DNA from: Haplodiscus bocki
Taxonomy: Eukaryota
Direction of reading: 5' to 3'
Length of the DNA: 64,000 nt
Assembly (NCBI GenBank): GCA_965655095.1
Contig: OZ296649.1
Location: forward strand, 6,944,001 to 7,008,000
Shown: in pieces, positions 15,401-29,500 of the stretch
Layout: each line of letters begins with the position of its first letter
How positions within the stretch are numbered: position 1 is the stretch's first letter
Position numbers and translations under genes: made by a program
The notes under the pieces: generated by a model
Database searches by the model: none
Told to the model about the DNA's origin: nothing
The model's input: only the letters and a program-made list of their open reading frames with translations

Positions 15401-18400
15401 AATTTTAATTTAGCAGTCGGTAAAGCAGTTGAAGCACACGTAAAGTTTGCTAATTTTACCCTGTCTGATCCTAACAGAGTTTCCAAATAGGGTTCAGTTT
15501 CAGGTCGATTTTTATATAGACGATGGTTATCGCACACAGAGTTGGTTTGAATCATAGTCTGCCATGACTGAATTGATAAATCTTGACATTTTGTTTTCAT
15601 GAAATTATTGAACTCAGAGTCGGATACTAAAAAAGCGTATTCTTCTGCCATCAGAATTCCACAACTTATCAAAGTCTGTTTAATTGCTAAATGCCATAGT
15701 GTGACTTTATTTTTAAAATTTAACCTATGAAAAACAATACATGAAAGCTTATCATTTGATTTAATGAGTTTTTTCCAAACACCTATTCGTTTCTATACAG
15801 TAAAACTAATTTCATGGCGGCCTAATTCTCCGTACACCATAACCTTGAGCGCGCTTCTACGTATTTTCAGCATCCGTCTCAAAAAATTTATGTGAAAATA
15901 TTTGTTCCATGTGCTCATAACCCCAAAGTTCACATCCATTCAACAGAATTGGTAATAATAGGTTGTCACAGAGATGGATCCTGGTTTTCACTTGAAGATT
16001 CACTCTACTCAAAAGAATTTCGATTTCGAACAGAGCTTTTTTCGGCTTATCAATATTTTGCTTCATCGCGGACTGAAAAGTGTTATTATGTCTGAGAGCA
16101 AAAGCTAGGTCACAATTTGTGTCCACTCGCTCAATTGTTTGCCCATGAGCAGTGATTGTACGACATTTCCGAATTTCACCTCGTGGAATTATCATGTACT
16201 CAGTATTATTAATTTTAATACACATCATTATCAGTACTAGAGCACCGAGTGACAATATGATGCAAAAAAAAGCAAGATTTTTCGATATAATTTTATCAGT
16301 TACATTCATTAGCTGGTCATACTTGATGTCGTTAGGGTAAGTATAGTATTTAGGCAGCAGTTCTTTCCGCTTTCCAATGAAACTCTCACACTTCAATGAC
16401 AAATGATACTAATGCGGTGTACATCGGGTCTCACAGAAAGGGCAAGACTCGACTAGAGAATTTAGCAATTTTAATTTAGCAGTCGGTAATGCAGTTGAAG
16501 CACACCTTAAGTTTGCTGTATTTGCTCTGTCTGATCCTAACAGAGTTTCCGAATAGGGTTCAGTTTCAGGTCGACTGTTATAAAGACGATGGTTATCGCA
16601 CACAGAGTTGGTTTGAAGCATAGTCTGCCATGACTGAATTGATAAATCTTGACATTTTGTTTTCATGAAATTAATGAACTCAGAATCGGATACTAAAAAA
16701 GCGTATTCTTCTGCCATCAGAATTCCACAACTTATCAAAGTCTGTTTAATTGCTAAATGCCATGGTGTGACTTTATTTTTATAATTTAACCTATGAAAAA
16801 CAATACATGAAAGCTTATCATTTGGTTTAATGAGTTTTTTCCAAACACCTATTCGTTTCCATACAGTCAACCTAATTTCATGGCGGCCCAATTCTCCGTA
16901 CACCATAACCTTGGGCGCGCTTCTACGTATTTCCAGCATCCGTCTCAAAAAATTTATGTGAAAATATTTGTTCCATGTGCTCATAACCCCAAACTTCACA
17001 TCCATTCAACAGAATTGGTAATAATAGGTTGTCACAGAGATGGATCCTGGTTTTCACTTGGAGATTGACTCTACTCAAAAGAAGTTCGATTTTGAACAGA
17101 GCTTTTTTCGCCTTATCAATATTTTGCTTCATCGCGGCCTGAAAACTTTTGTCTAAAAACAAAAACTAGGTCACAAATTGTGTCCACTGGCTCAATTGTT
17201 TGCCCTTGAGCAGTGATTGTACGACATTTCCGAATTTCACCTCGTGGAATTATCATGTACTCAGTTTTAATAATTTTAATACACATCATTATCAGTACTA
17301 GAGCACCGAGTGACAATATGATGCAAAAAAAAGCAAGATTTTTCGTTATAATTTTATCAGTTACATTCATTAGCTGGTCATACTTGATGTCGTTAGGGTA
17401 AGTATAGTATTTAGGCAGCAGTTCTTTCCGCTTTCCAATGAAACTCTCACACTTCAATGACAAATGATACTCATGCGGTGTACATCGGGTCTCACAGAAA
17501 GGGCAAGACTCGACTAGAGAATTTAGCAATTTTAATTTAGCAGTCGGTAAAGCAGTTGAAGCACACGTAAAGTTTGCTAATTTTACCCTTTCTGATCCTA
17601 ACAGAGTTTCCAAATGGGGTTCAGTTTCAGGTCTACTTTTATAAAGACGATGGTTATCGCACACAGAGTTGGTTTGAAGCATAGTCTGCCATGACTGAAT
17701 TGATAAATCTTGACATTTTGTTTTCATGAAATTAATGAACTCAGAATCGGATACTAAAAAAGCGTATTCTTCTGCCATCAGAATTCCACAACTTATCAAA
17801 GTCTGTTTAATTGCTAAATGCCATAGTGTGACTTTATTTTTATAATTTAACCTATGAAAAACAATACATGAAAGCTTATCATTTGGTTTAATGAGTTTTT
17901 TCCAAACACCTATTCGTTTCCATACAGTCAACCTAATTTCATGGCGGCCCAATTCTCCGTACACCATAACCTTGGGCGCGCTTCTACGTATTTCCAGCAT
18001 CCGTCTCAAAAAATTTATGTGAAAATATTTGTTCCATGTGCTCATAACCCCAAACTTCACATCCATTCAACAGAATTGGTAATAATAGGTTGTCACAGAG
18101 ATGGATCCTGGTATTCACTTGGAGATTGACTCTACTCAAAAGAAGTTCGATTTTGAACAGAGCTTTTTTCGCCTTATCAATATTTTGCTTCATCGCGGCC
18201 TGAAAACTTTTATGTCTAAAAACAAAAACTAGGTCACAAATTGTGTTCACTGGCTCAATTGTTTGCCCATGAGCAGTGATTGTACGACATTTCCGAATTT
18301 CACCTCGTGGAATTATCATGTACTCAGTTTTAATAATTTTAATACACATCATTATCAGTACTAGAGCACCGAGTGACAATATGATGCAAAAAAAAGCAAG

Positions 18401-21400
18401 ATTTCTCGTTATAATTTATCAGTTACATTCATTAGCTGGTCATACTTGATGTCGTTAGGGTAAGGATAGTATTTAGGCAGCAGTTCTTTCCGCTTTCCAA
18501 TGAAACTCTCACACTTCAATGACAAATGATACTCATGCGTTGTACATCGGGTCTCACAGAAGGGGCAAGACTCGACTAGAGAATTTAGCAATTTTAAATT
18601 AGCAGTCGGTAAAGCAGTTGAAGCACACCTTAGGTTTGCTGTATTTGCTCTGTCTGATCCTAACAGAGTTTCCAAATAGGGTTCAGTTTCAGGTCGGTTT
18701 TTTTATAGACGATAGTTATCGCACACAGAGTTGGTTTGAAGCATAGTCTGCCATGACTGAATTGATAAATCTTGACATTTTGTTTTCATGAAATTATTGA
18801 ACTCAGAATCGCTTACTAAAACAGCTTATTCTTCTGCCATCAGAATTCCACAACTTACCAAAACCTGTTTAATTGCTAAATGCCATAGTGCGACTTCATT
18901 TTTATAATTTAACCTATGAAAAACAATACATGACAGCTTATCACTTGTTTTAATGAGTTTTTTCCAAAAACCTGTTGGTTTCCGTACAGTAAACCTAATT
19001 TCATGCCGGCCGAATTCTCTGTACACCATGGCTTTGGGCGCGCTTCTACGTATTTTCAGCATCCGTCTCAAAAAATTTTATGAAAAAATTTCCATGTTCT
19101 CGTAACCCCAAAGTTTACATCCATACAACAGAATCGGTAATATTAGGTTGTCACAGAGATGGAGCCTGGTTTTCACTGGAAAATTCACTCTACTCAAAAG
19201 ATTTTCGATTTTGAACCGAGCCTTTTTCGCCATATCAGTATTTTGCTTCATCGCGGCCTGAAAAGTGTTATTATGTCTAAAAACAATACCTAGATCACAA
19301 AATATGTCCACTCGTTCAATTGTTTGGCCATAAGCAGTGAGTGTATGACATTTCCGAATTTTGCCGCGTGAAAAGGTCATGTACTAAGTTCTATTAATAT
19401 TTATACACAACAATATCAGTACTAGAGCACCGAGTGACAATATGATGCTAGAAAAAAGCAAGATTTTTCGATATAATTTTATCAGTTACATTCATCAGCT
19501 GGTCACACTTGATGTCGTTAGGGTAAGTATAGTATTTAGGCAGCAGTTCTTTCCGCTTTGCAATGAAACTCTCACAGTTCAATGACAAATGATACCCATC
19601 CGGTGTACATCGGGTCTCACAGAAAGGGCAAGACTCGACTAGAGAATTTAGCAATTTTAATTTAGCAGTCGGTAATGCAGTTGAAGCACACCTTAAGTTT
19701 GCTGTATTTGCTCTGTCTGATCCTAACAGAGTTTCCGAATAGGGTTCAGTTTCAGGTCGATTTTCATATAGACGATGGTTATCGCACACAGAGTTGGTTT
19801 GAAGCATAGTCTGCCATGACTGAATTGATAAATCTTGACATTTTGTTTTCATGAAATTATTGAACTCAGAATCGCTTACTAAAACAGCGTATTCTTCTGC
19901 CATCAGAATTCCACAACTTACCAAAACCTGTTTAATTGCTAAATGCCATAGTGCGACTTAATTTTTATAATTTAACCTATGAAAAACAATACATGACAGC
20001 TTATCACTTGTTTTAATGAGTTTTTTCCAAAAACCTGTTGGTTTCCGTACAGTAAACCTAATTTCATGACGGCCGAATTCTCTGTACACCATAGCTTTGG
20101 GCGCGCTTCTACGTATTTTCAGCATCCGTCTCAAAAAATTTTATGAAAAAATTTCCATGTTCTCGTAACCCCAAAGTTTACATCCATACAACAGAATCGG
20201 TAATATTAGGTTGTCACAGAGATGGAGCCCGGTTTTCACTGGAAAATTCACTCTACTCAAAAGATTTTCGATTTTGAACCGAGCCTTTTTCGCCATATCA
20301 GTATTTTGCTTGATCGCGGCCTGAAAAGTGTTATTATGTCTAAAAACAATACCTAGATCACAAAATATGTCCACTCGCTCAATTGTTTGGCCATAGGCAG
20401 TGAGTGTATGACATTTCCGAATTTTGCCGCGTGAAAAGGTCATGTACTGAGTTCTATTAATCTTTATACACAACAATATCAGTACTAGAGCACCGAGTGA
20501 CAATATGATGCTAGAAAAAAGCAAGATTTTTCGATATAATTTTATCAGTTACATTCATCAGCTGGTCACACTTGATGTCGTTAGGGTAAGTATAGTATTT
20601 AGGCAGCAGTTCTTTCCGCTTTGCAATGAAACTCTCACAGTTCAATGACAAATGATACTCATCCGGTGTACATCGGGTCTCACAGAAAGGGCAAGACTCG
20701 ACTAGAGAATTTAGCAATTTTAATTTAGCAGTCGGTAATGCAGTTGAAGCACACCTTAAGTTTGCTGTATTTGCTCTGTCTGATCCTAACAGAGTTTCCG
20801 AATAGGGTTCAGTTTCAGGTCGATTTTCATATAGACGATGGTTATCGCACACAGAGTTGGTTTGAAGCATAGTCTGCCATGACTGAATTGATAAATCTTG
20901 ACATTTTGTTTTCATGAAATTATTGAACTCAGGATCGCTTACTAAAACAGCGTATTTTTCGGCCATCAGAATTCCACAACTTACCAAAACCTGTTTAATT
21001 GCTAAATGCCATAGTGCGACTTCATTTTTATAATTTAACCTATGAAAAACAATACATGACAGCTTATCACTTGTTTTAATGAGTTTTTTCCAAAAACCTG
21101 TTGGTTTCCGTACAGTAAACCTAATTTCATGCCGGCCGAATTCTCTGTACACCATAGCTTTGGGCGCGCTTCTACGTATTTTCAGCATCCGTCTCAAAAA
21201 ATTTTATGAAAAAATTTCCATGTTCTCGTAACCCCGAAGTTTACATCCATACAACAGAATCGGTAATATTAGGTTGTCACAGAGATGGAGCCCGGTTTTC
21301 ACTGGACAATTCACTCTACTCAAAAGATTTTCGATTTTGAACCGAGCCTTTTTCGCCATATCAGTATTTTGCTTCATCGCGGCCTGAAAAGTGTTATTAT

Positions 21401-24400
21401 GTCTAAAAACAATACCTAGATCACAAAATATGTCCACTCGCTCAATTGTTTGGCCATAAGCAGTGAGAGTATGAAATTTCCGAATTTTGCCGCGTGAAAA
21501 GGTCATGTACTGAGTTCTATTAATATTTATACTCAACAATATCAGTACTAGAGCACCGAGTGACAATATGATGCTAGAAAAAAGCAAGATTTTTCGATAT
21601 AATTTTATCAGTTACATTCATCAGCTGGTCACACTTGATGTCGTTAGGGTAAGTATAGTATTTAGGCAGCAGGTCTTTCCGCTTTGCAATGAAATTCTCA
21701 CAGTTCAATGACAAATGATACTCATCCGGTGTACATCGGGTCTCACAGAAAGGGCAAGACTCGACTAGAGAATTTAGCAATTTTAATTTAGCAGTCGGTA
21801 ATGCAGTTGAAGCACACCTTAAGTTTGCTGTATTTGCTCTGTCTGATTTTAACAGAGTTTCCGAATAGGGTTCAGTTTCAGGTCGATTTTCATATAGACG
21901 ATGGTTATCGCACACAGAGTTGGTTTGAAGCATAGTCTGCCATGACTGAATTGATAAATCTTGACATTTTGTTTTCATGAAATTATTGAACTCAGAATCG
22001 CTTACTAAAACAGCGTATTCTTCTGCCATCAGAATTCCACAACTTACCAAAACCTGTTTAATTGCTAAATGCCATAGTGCGACTTAATTTTTATAATTTA
22101 ACCTATGAAAAACAATACATGACAGCTTATCACTTGTTTTAATGAGTTTTTTCCAAAAACCTGTTGGTTTCCGTACAGTAAACCTAATTTCATGCCGGCC
22201 GAATTCTCTGTACACCATAGCTTTGGGCGCGCTTCTACGTATTTTCAGCATCCGTCTCAAAAAATTTTATGAAAAAATTTCCATGTTCTCGTAACCCCAA
22301 AGTTTACATCCATACAACAGAATCGGTAATATTAGGTTGTCACAGAGATGGAGCCTGGTTTTCACTGGAAAATTCACTCTACTCAAAAGATTTTCGAGTT
22401 TGAACCGAGCCTTTTTCGCCATATCAGTATTTTGCTTCATCGCGGCCTGAAAAGTGTTATTATGTCTAAAAACAATACCTAGATCACAAAATATGTCCAC
22501 TCGTTCAATTGTTTGGCCATAAGCAGTGAGTGTATGACATTTCCGAATTTTGCCGCGTGAAAAGGTCATGTACTAAGTTCTATTAATATTTATACACAAC
22601 AATATCAGTACTAGAGCACCGAGTGACAATATGATGCTAGAAAAAAGCAAGATTTTTCGATATAATTTTATCAGTTACATTCATCAGCTGGTCACACTTG
22701 ATGTCGTTAGGGTAAGTATAGTATTTAGGCAGCAGTTCTTTCCGCTTTGCAATGAAACTCTCACAGTTCAATGACAAATGATACCCATCCGGTGTACATC
22801 GGGTCTCACAGAAAGGGCAAGACTCGACTAGAGAATTTAGCAATTTTAATTTAGCAGTCGGTAATGCAGTTGAAGCACACCTTAAGTTTGCTGTATTTGC
22901 TCTGTCTGATCCTAACAGAGTTTCCGAATAGGGTTCAGTTTCAGGTCGATTTTCATATAGACGATGGTTATCGCACACAGAGTTGGTTTGAAGCATAGTC
23001 TGCCATGACTGAATTGATAAATCTTGACATTTTGTTTTCATGAAATTATTGAACTCAGAATCGCTTACTAAAACAGCGTATTCTTCTGCCATCAGAATTC
23101 CACAACTTACCAAAACCTGTTTAATTGCTAAATGCCATAGTGCGACTTAATTTTTATAATTTAACCTATGAAAAACAATACATGACAGCTTATCACTTGT
23201 TTTAATGAGTTTTTTCCAAAAACCTGTTGGTTTCCGTACAGTAAACCTAATTTCATGACGGCCGAATTCTCTGTACACCATAGCTTTGGGCGCGCTTCTA
23301 CGTATTTTCAGCATCCGTCTCAAAAAATTTTATGAAAAAATTTCCATGTTCTCGTAACCCCAAAGTTTACATCCATACAACAGAATCGGTAATATTAGGT
23401 TGTCACAGAGATGGAGCCCGGTTTTCACTGGAAAATTCACTCTACTCAAAAGATTTTCGATTTTGAACCGAGCCTTTTTCGCCATATCAGTATTTTGCTT
23501 GATCGCGGCCTGAAAAGTGTTATTATGTCTAAAAACAATACCTAGATCACAAAATATGTCCACTCGCTCAATTGTTTGGCCATAGGCAGTGAGTGTATGA
23601 CATTTCCGAATTTTGCCGCGTGAAAAGGTCATGTACTGAGTTCTATTAATCTTTATACACAACAATATCAGTACTAGAGCACCGAGTGACAATATGATGC
23701 TAGAAAAAAGCAAGATTTTTCGATATAATTTTATCAGTTACATTCATCAGCTGGTCACACTTGATGTCGTTAGGGTAAGTATAGTATTTAGGCAGCAGTT
23801 CTTTCCGCTTTGCAATGAAACTCTCACAGTTCAATGACAAATGATACTCATCCGGTGTACATCGGGTCTCACAGAAAGGGCAAGACTCGACTAGAGAATT
23901 TAGCAATTTTAATTTAGCAGTCGGTAATGCAGTTGAAGCACACCTTAAGTTTGCTGTATTTGCTCTGTCTGATCCTAACAGAGTTTCCGAATAGGGTTCA
24001 GTTTCAGGTCGATTTTCATATAGACGATGGTTATCGCACACAGAGTTGGTTTGAAGCATAGTCTGCCATGACTGAATTGATAAATCTTGACATTTTGTTT
24101 TCATGAAATTATTGAACTCAGGATCGCTTACTAAAACAGCGTATTTTTCGGCCATCAGAATTCCACAACTTACCAAAACCTGTTTAATTGCTAAATGCCA
24201 TAGTGCGACTTCATTTTTATAATTTAACCTATGAAAAACAATACATGACAGCTTATCACTTGTTTTAATGAGTTTTTTCCAAAACTCATTTTTACTGTTG
24301 GTTTCCGTACAGTAAACCTAATTTCATGCCGGCCGAATTCTCTGTACACCATAGCTTTGGGCGCGCTTCTACGTATTTTCAGCATCCGTCTCAAAAAATT

Positions 24401-25799
24401 TTATGAAAAAATTTCCATGTTCTCGTAACCCCGAAGTTTACATCCATACAACAGAATCGGTAATATTAGGTTGTCACAGAGATGGAGCCCGGTTTTCACT
24501 GGACAATTCACTCTACTCAAAAGATTTTCGATTTTGAACCGAGCCTTTTTCGCCATATCAGTATTTTGCTTCATCGCGGCCTGAAAAGTGTTATTATGTC
24601 TAAAAACAATACCTAGATCACAAAATATGTCCACTCGCTCAATTGTTTGGCCATAAGCAGTGAGAGTATGAAATTTCCGAATTTTGCCGCGTGAAAAGGT
24701 CATGTACTGAGTTCTATTAATATTTATACTCAACAATATCAGTACTAGAGCACCGAGTGACAATATGATGCTAGAAAAAAGCAAGATTTTTCGATATAAT
24801 TTTATCAGTTACATTCATCAGCTGGTCACACTTGATGTCGTTAGGGTAAGTATAGTATTTAGGCAGCAGGTCTTTCCGCTTTGCAATGAAATTCTCACAG
24901 TTCAATGACAAATGATACTCATCCGGTGTACATCGGGTCTCACAGAAAGGGCAAGACTCGACTAGAGAATTTAGCAATTTTAATTTAGCAGTCGGTAATG
25001 CAGTTGAAGCACACCTTAAGTTTGCTGTATTTGCTCTGTCTGATTTTAACAGAGTTTCCGAATAGGGTTCAGTTTCAGGTCGATTTTCATATAGACGATG
25101 GTTATCGCACACAGAGTTGGTTTGAAGCATAGTCTGCCATGACTGAATTGATAAATCTTGACATTTTGTTTTCATGAAATTATTGAACTCAGAATCGCTT
25201 ACTAAAACAGCGTATTCTTCTGCCATCAGAATTCCACAACTTACCAAAGTCTGTTTAATTGCTACATGCCATAGTGTGACTTTATTTTTATAATTTAACC
25301 TAAGAAAAACAATACATGACCGGTTATCATTTTATTTAATGAGTTTTTTCCAAACACCTATTCGTTTCCATACAGTAAACCTACTTTCATGGTGGCCCAA
25401 TTCTCCGTACACCATAACCTTGGGCGCGCTTCTACGTATTTTCAGCATCCGTCTCAAAAAATTTCTGTGAAAGAATTTGTTCCGTGTTCTCATAACCCCA
25501 AAGTTCACATCCATTCAACAGAATTGGTAATATTAGGTTGTCACACAGACGGAGCCTGGTTTTCACTTGAAGATACACTCTACTCAAAAGAATTTCCATT
25601 TTGAACAGAGCCTTTTCGCCTTATCATTATTTTGCTTCATCGCGGCTTGAAAAGTGTTATTATGTCTAAAAACAAAAGCTAGGTCACAAATTGTGTCCAC
25701 TCGCTCAATTGTTTGCCCATGAGCAGTGATTGTAAGACATTTCCGAATTTCACCTCATGGAAATATCATGTACTCAGTTTTATTAATATTTGTACACAT
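3431..25799 (-). repeat. Tandem array of 21 units (~1055-1071 bp) derived from LINE ORF2 C-terminus
   Basis: Marker cagta(c/t)tagagcaccga recurs near 3441, 4495, 5562, 6630, 7698, 8765, 9832, 10899, 11965, 13031, 14098, 15165, 16232, 17293, 18355, 19417, 20480, 21543, 22606, 23669, 24740; the ORF track repeats with the same period. Confidence 0.97.
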
Positions 25800-26500
25800 A
25801 TTCTCGTCTCAATAGCTTAATGTTGCATTAATAGCGCTTTGCATTTCTTCTGCAGTTTCACTAAAAAGTAAGGTGAAACTGAGACTTATACCTGTAATTT
25901 TTGAGCTAACATGTTTCTGAAAATCATTCATGAAAATGATGAAAAGCAGAGGCGAGAGATTATCACCGTGTCTAACTCCTACGCGGCACTCAAAAAGATC
26001 TGTTAGAGATCCGTTGACATCAACACAAGCTTTTGTTTTCCGGTAAAGATTTTCGATCACTGAAAAGATTTTTCCATTAATATGCTGGCCGAATTTTTTT
26101 CCATAGAATGGGGGGATCAACTCGGTTAAAAGCTTTCTCATAGTCGACGAAAGTCAAAGATATCTAGTTTCTTCTCAACTAGATATGTCGAAATTACAGC
26201 GTATAGGACAGAAGCGTGATCACAACAGCTCACATTTTACCTGAATCCAGCTTGTTCCTGTCCTAGAAATTTTCGATTTTCCAACTCTTTTTGACTCCTT
26301 TCAGTGACGAGTGAAGTGAAAAGCTTAAATAAGCAACTGGCAAGGGAGATACCTCTGTAACTATTTGGATCTTTCTTATCTCCCTTCTCATAAGGGGGGC
26401 GATACATGGAAAGGGCCCAGTCTTCCGGTACAACGCCACTATTGGGTATCTTTTTGAAAAAACGTGTTATCAAAGTGGTATAAATAATAGTTTTGAGAAT
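25800..26500 (-). pseudogene. LINE reverse transcriptase fragment (single copy; frameshifted; catalytic (Y/F)ADD segment missing)
   Basis: ORFs 26237..26473 and 25809..26141 carry successive RT subdomains in different frames; ...FTLLF/SETAEEMQ lacks the ADD motif expected at that point. Confidence 0.85.
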
Positions 26501-26508
26501 AAAATATG

Positions 26509-26517
26509 AATTGAAGA
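26509..26517. repeat. Candidate target-site duplication (right) of the LINE, AATTGAAGA
   Basis: Matches 3330-3338; joining the flanks gives a continuous acidic reading FEDIDDEMEIEDSKEMSIS on + strand. Confidence 0.55.
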
Positions 26518-29500
26518 TTCTAAAGAAATGAGTATAAGTTGAGTGAGGGAATGAAAAGTATGATAGAAAATGATTTTATTAATTAGAATGCCTAATAAAC
26601 ATTAAATAAACTCTTAGGGAATAAAATTAAGACGAATTAAATAAAACCATTGTCGTTTAGAAACTTCACTCTAATAGTTTGAAAATGTTCATCATATTTA
26701 TCTAATATATCTTTTGTACATATCCCCATTTTGACTTATTTCTAGTCAGAGACAGGCTAAATTCTGTCTCCTCCAAGATTTATTCCCAGCAAAAGTCTTG
26801 ATGACTTCCGTTCCATAAATTAATTTTTCAAAAAGTTTTTCTGTTTTCATATGGTAGAAACTTGGATTTTGTTCATTGATCTCTTAATATTTACCTTACC
26901 AAGATATTACGTAGTTCTTCTTACGTAACGATTTTTGTTGTATCGGAAGTCATTCTTGATATGTTCAGGTAAAACTACTTCACCATTTGTTGCTGAAAGT
27001 TATGAGAAATTTCTAATTTTCCTTATTTCTTCTCTGGTAAAAAACACAAACTGATTTCTCAGGAATAGATAAGATTTTATCACTCTCACTATCATTTCTT
27101 CTCAGAACTATTGTATCAGGTTTGTCAGGAAAGGATTCAATAGTAACTGATTCTAAGTTAGCAAATTCGAATTTTTGTTAAGGAGATTGAACAGTTTATA
27201 GTAATGCAATTTGATAACTCTTTCTTCATCAAGATCACTTTCAATTGTCTTTTTCAGTGGGAATATGACAATTTTGGATTCATACCTGAAAATTTTAAAT
27301 ATATTCATTACCAGAAGCTACAGTCTTATAGGTGAAATACTCATTTTTTGTACTTCATTTTTGAATTCATTTTGAAGCATTTTCCTAACTAGTGAAGGTT
27401 TCAAGTCATCTGTTAATTGTTCTTCCTTTACATACCACAAAAATTGTGGGTAAAGCTCTCATAAAAATTCTTCTCAGTTCTATTTTCTTTTTCCTTCATA
27501 ATTAGAGTTCTTAACTCTGTTGGGTGATGCCTCTGTTAATCTGAAATTGTTTTTCGGCATTTGTTCTCCAGAAAACACAATCCTCGAAGCAGCCTCATAG
27601 TATGATAGATTGCAAACTTCAATTAGATATAGATTATAAACAGTATTATGCGCCACGGTTTTAATCGAAACCTTGTGATTCGTAACCAGGCTACATCACT
27701 TCTCACTTCAAACCAGTCAATTGTAATGTAGTTGGACCTCCAAGGGAACCAAAATAGAAGCTCCATAGAAATGAGTCTCCATAGAAATACTCATTGTGTT
27801 TCACTGTAATCTTCCCATTTCACAGCTTTCGATGTTTTGATTGATGAACCTGATGGGTATACACCAAGGTCAATAAGTTTAATAAACGGTTAAAAATGGA
27901 ACATTTTTTCTCTGAATCTCTAGACTCATTGTTCAAATATTATTCCGAGCAGAAATCTCGGAAGCTCATTATGTATATGACATTAACTCCATTCATTTCT
28001 TCACCTTCAGGCTTCAAAAGTTTCTTTGACGTCGGAGTCTCACACGCAATCTAGCTGGATCGCTTTGATACTTCTCAAACAATTGAATCTTTTCGGATTC
28101 ACACGATCCACCTGAATTCTTAAATTAACTTGAATATTTAGGCGTGACGTAATGTCTTTACGTATTTTAAGGAATGGCTCAACATACTCCCTAAAGAATA
28201 ACTCAATATATATATGATATGGTCGCTCTACCTATTCTAATAAAAATGACTTTATATTTTGGATGTTTAGGATACCTTAAATGATCAATTTTGCATAAAC
28301 TCAACATATACTTTTTTAAAATAGCTATAGTTCTAGCTTTATTATCTGTTTCAAATTTTGATGAGCTGCTATTCTTCTTTTGGGATTTTTTTCTCAGGAG
28401 ACCGTATATGCAATTGATATTCCTTGTCTGTATTAAATATAAGTCTTTTGGTAACCTTTTCATCAATTGATAAAATAAAATCATTATTGATAGCCTCATT
28501 GAACTTTTTCTGTGTTTCAGCACTCGGAATGAAAATGAAAACAAACACAATTGAACCTTCAATTGCTACAATAAAGTCATTACAATGGTTATGAACTGAA
28601 CATCTTGATAATCACTTGTCTTCAAGCTCAGATGTAATCGTAATCCGTTGGTTTTTCGTCATTGTTCAACAGAAACCAACTGAATTTTCGAGTTTCAGGA
28701 TACCCGTTGATTTAATCTTATTTGCCGCTGTTCCCTGATCACTCTTTAAAAAGGCTTTTATAATTGTATTCGCAATGGTATTACGTTCTCCAGTATTTTT
28801 CTCAAAATATGGTAACAGATAACAGTACCCTGAGCAAATAGTCATCATCTCAATATAGTTACCACTCTTCCAACCTGTTTGTGTGTTTGTTTCTACATCA
28901 GATCTTCCAGTTTCTCGGAAGAAGACAGCAAAAGCGTTTTTCGATAATCTGTTTGTATGAGCTTCTAAAATATTGGTAACATCAGATTTTCCCAGTTTTA
29001 TATCAAATGAAAGGTATGATTTTCCTGCCTGGTGATAGTTAATGATTTCACCAATTAAAAATTCGGTCAGTTCGTTGCTATCATTCATCTGTGCTGCACT
29101 CGGATTATATTTTTCTGTAGATTGTCTGGATAATTGAATTGTCAATTAAGTTTTGACTGTTTTTCGAAAATCTTCTTTTCTCAATTGTTTTACGTGAAAT
29201 TGTACTAGTTCCGCTTCCTGTCATACCTCTAGACAATGTTTAGCATTGAATGAGTTCTCCAGGTTTCCCCGTAGGTGGAATAGCAGTTGCCCTTGGGATT
29301 TTACTTTCTTGAATCTTTAGCTTTCTGTGTTAGAATGTCTGCGTTGTATTAGAGGTTTGGCGGTCTATTATTTTTAAATCTCCTCCTTCAGATTCTAATA
29401 CAAAATTTTGACGACTGAGATTAACCAACTTAGCGTTATCAATTTTCAATCTGAATAATACACTGGTTGTCATGTTTCTTTATTCCTAGTTGTGGTAGTT

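Larger units (their letters stand above)
3339..26508 (-). mobile_element. 5'-truncated non-LTR retrotransposon (LINE; tentatively RTE-X-like) with internally amplified ORF2 3' end
   Basis: RT motifs KGDKKDPNSYRGISL, QAGFR, FVDYEKAF, GVRHGDNLSPLLFIIFMND; post-RT motifs LPILL(Y/N)GCELWG, VYGELGR and C-terminal CPFC-x6-(D/H)EYH-x4-C; ORF stop at 3421, short 3' UTR, (ATTC)n tail. Clade assignment is from motif recall only. Confidence 0.88.

Noticed and set aside
5144-25604. Recurrent + strand 62-71 aa ORFs and per-unit - strand ORFs read as a tandem gene family
   Set aside because: They are antisense shadows or frameshifted pieces of LINE ORF2; no unit encodes a continuous protein and the array has no through-going frame.
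3431-25799. Telomeric HeT-A/TART-like head-to-tail retrotransposon array
   Set aside because: Internal units have no 3' UTR or tail and share one junction, unlike independent insertions.
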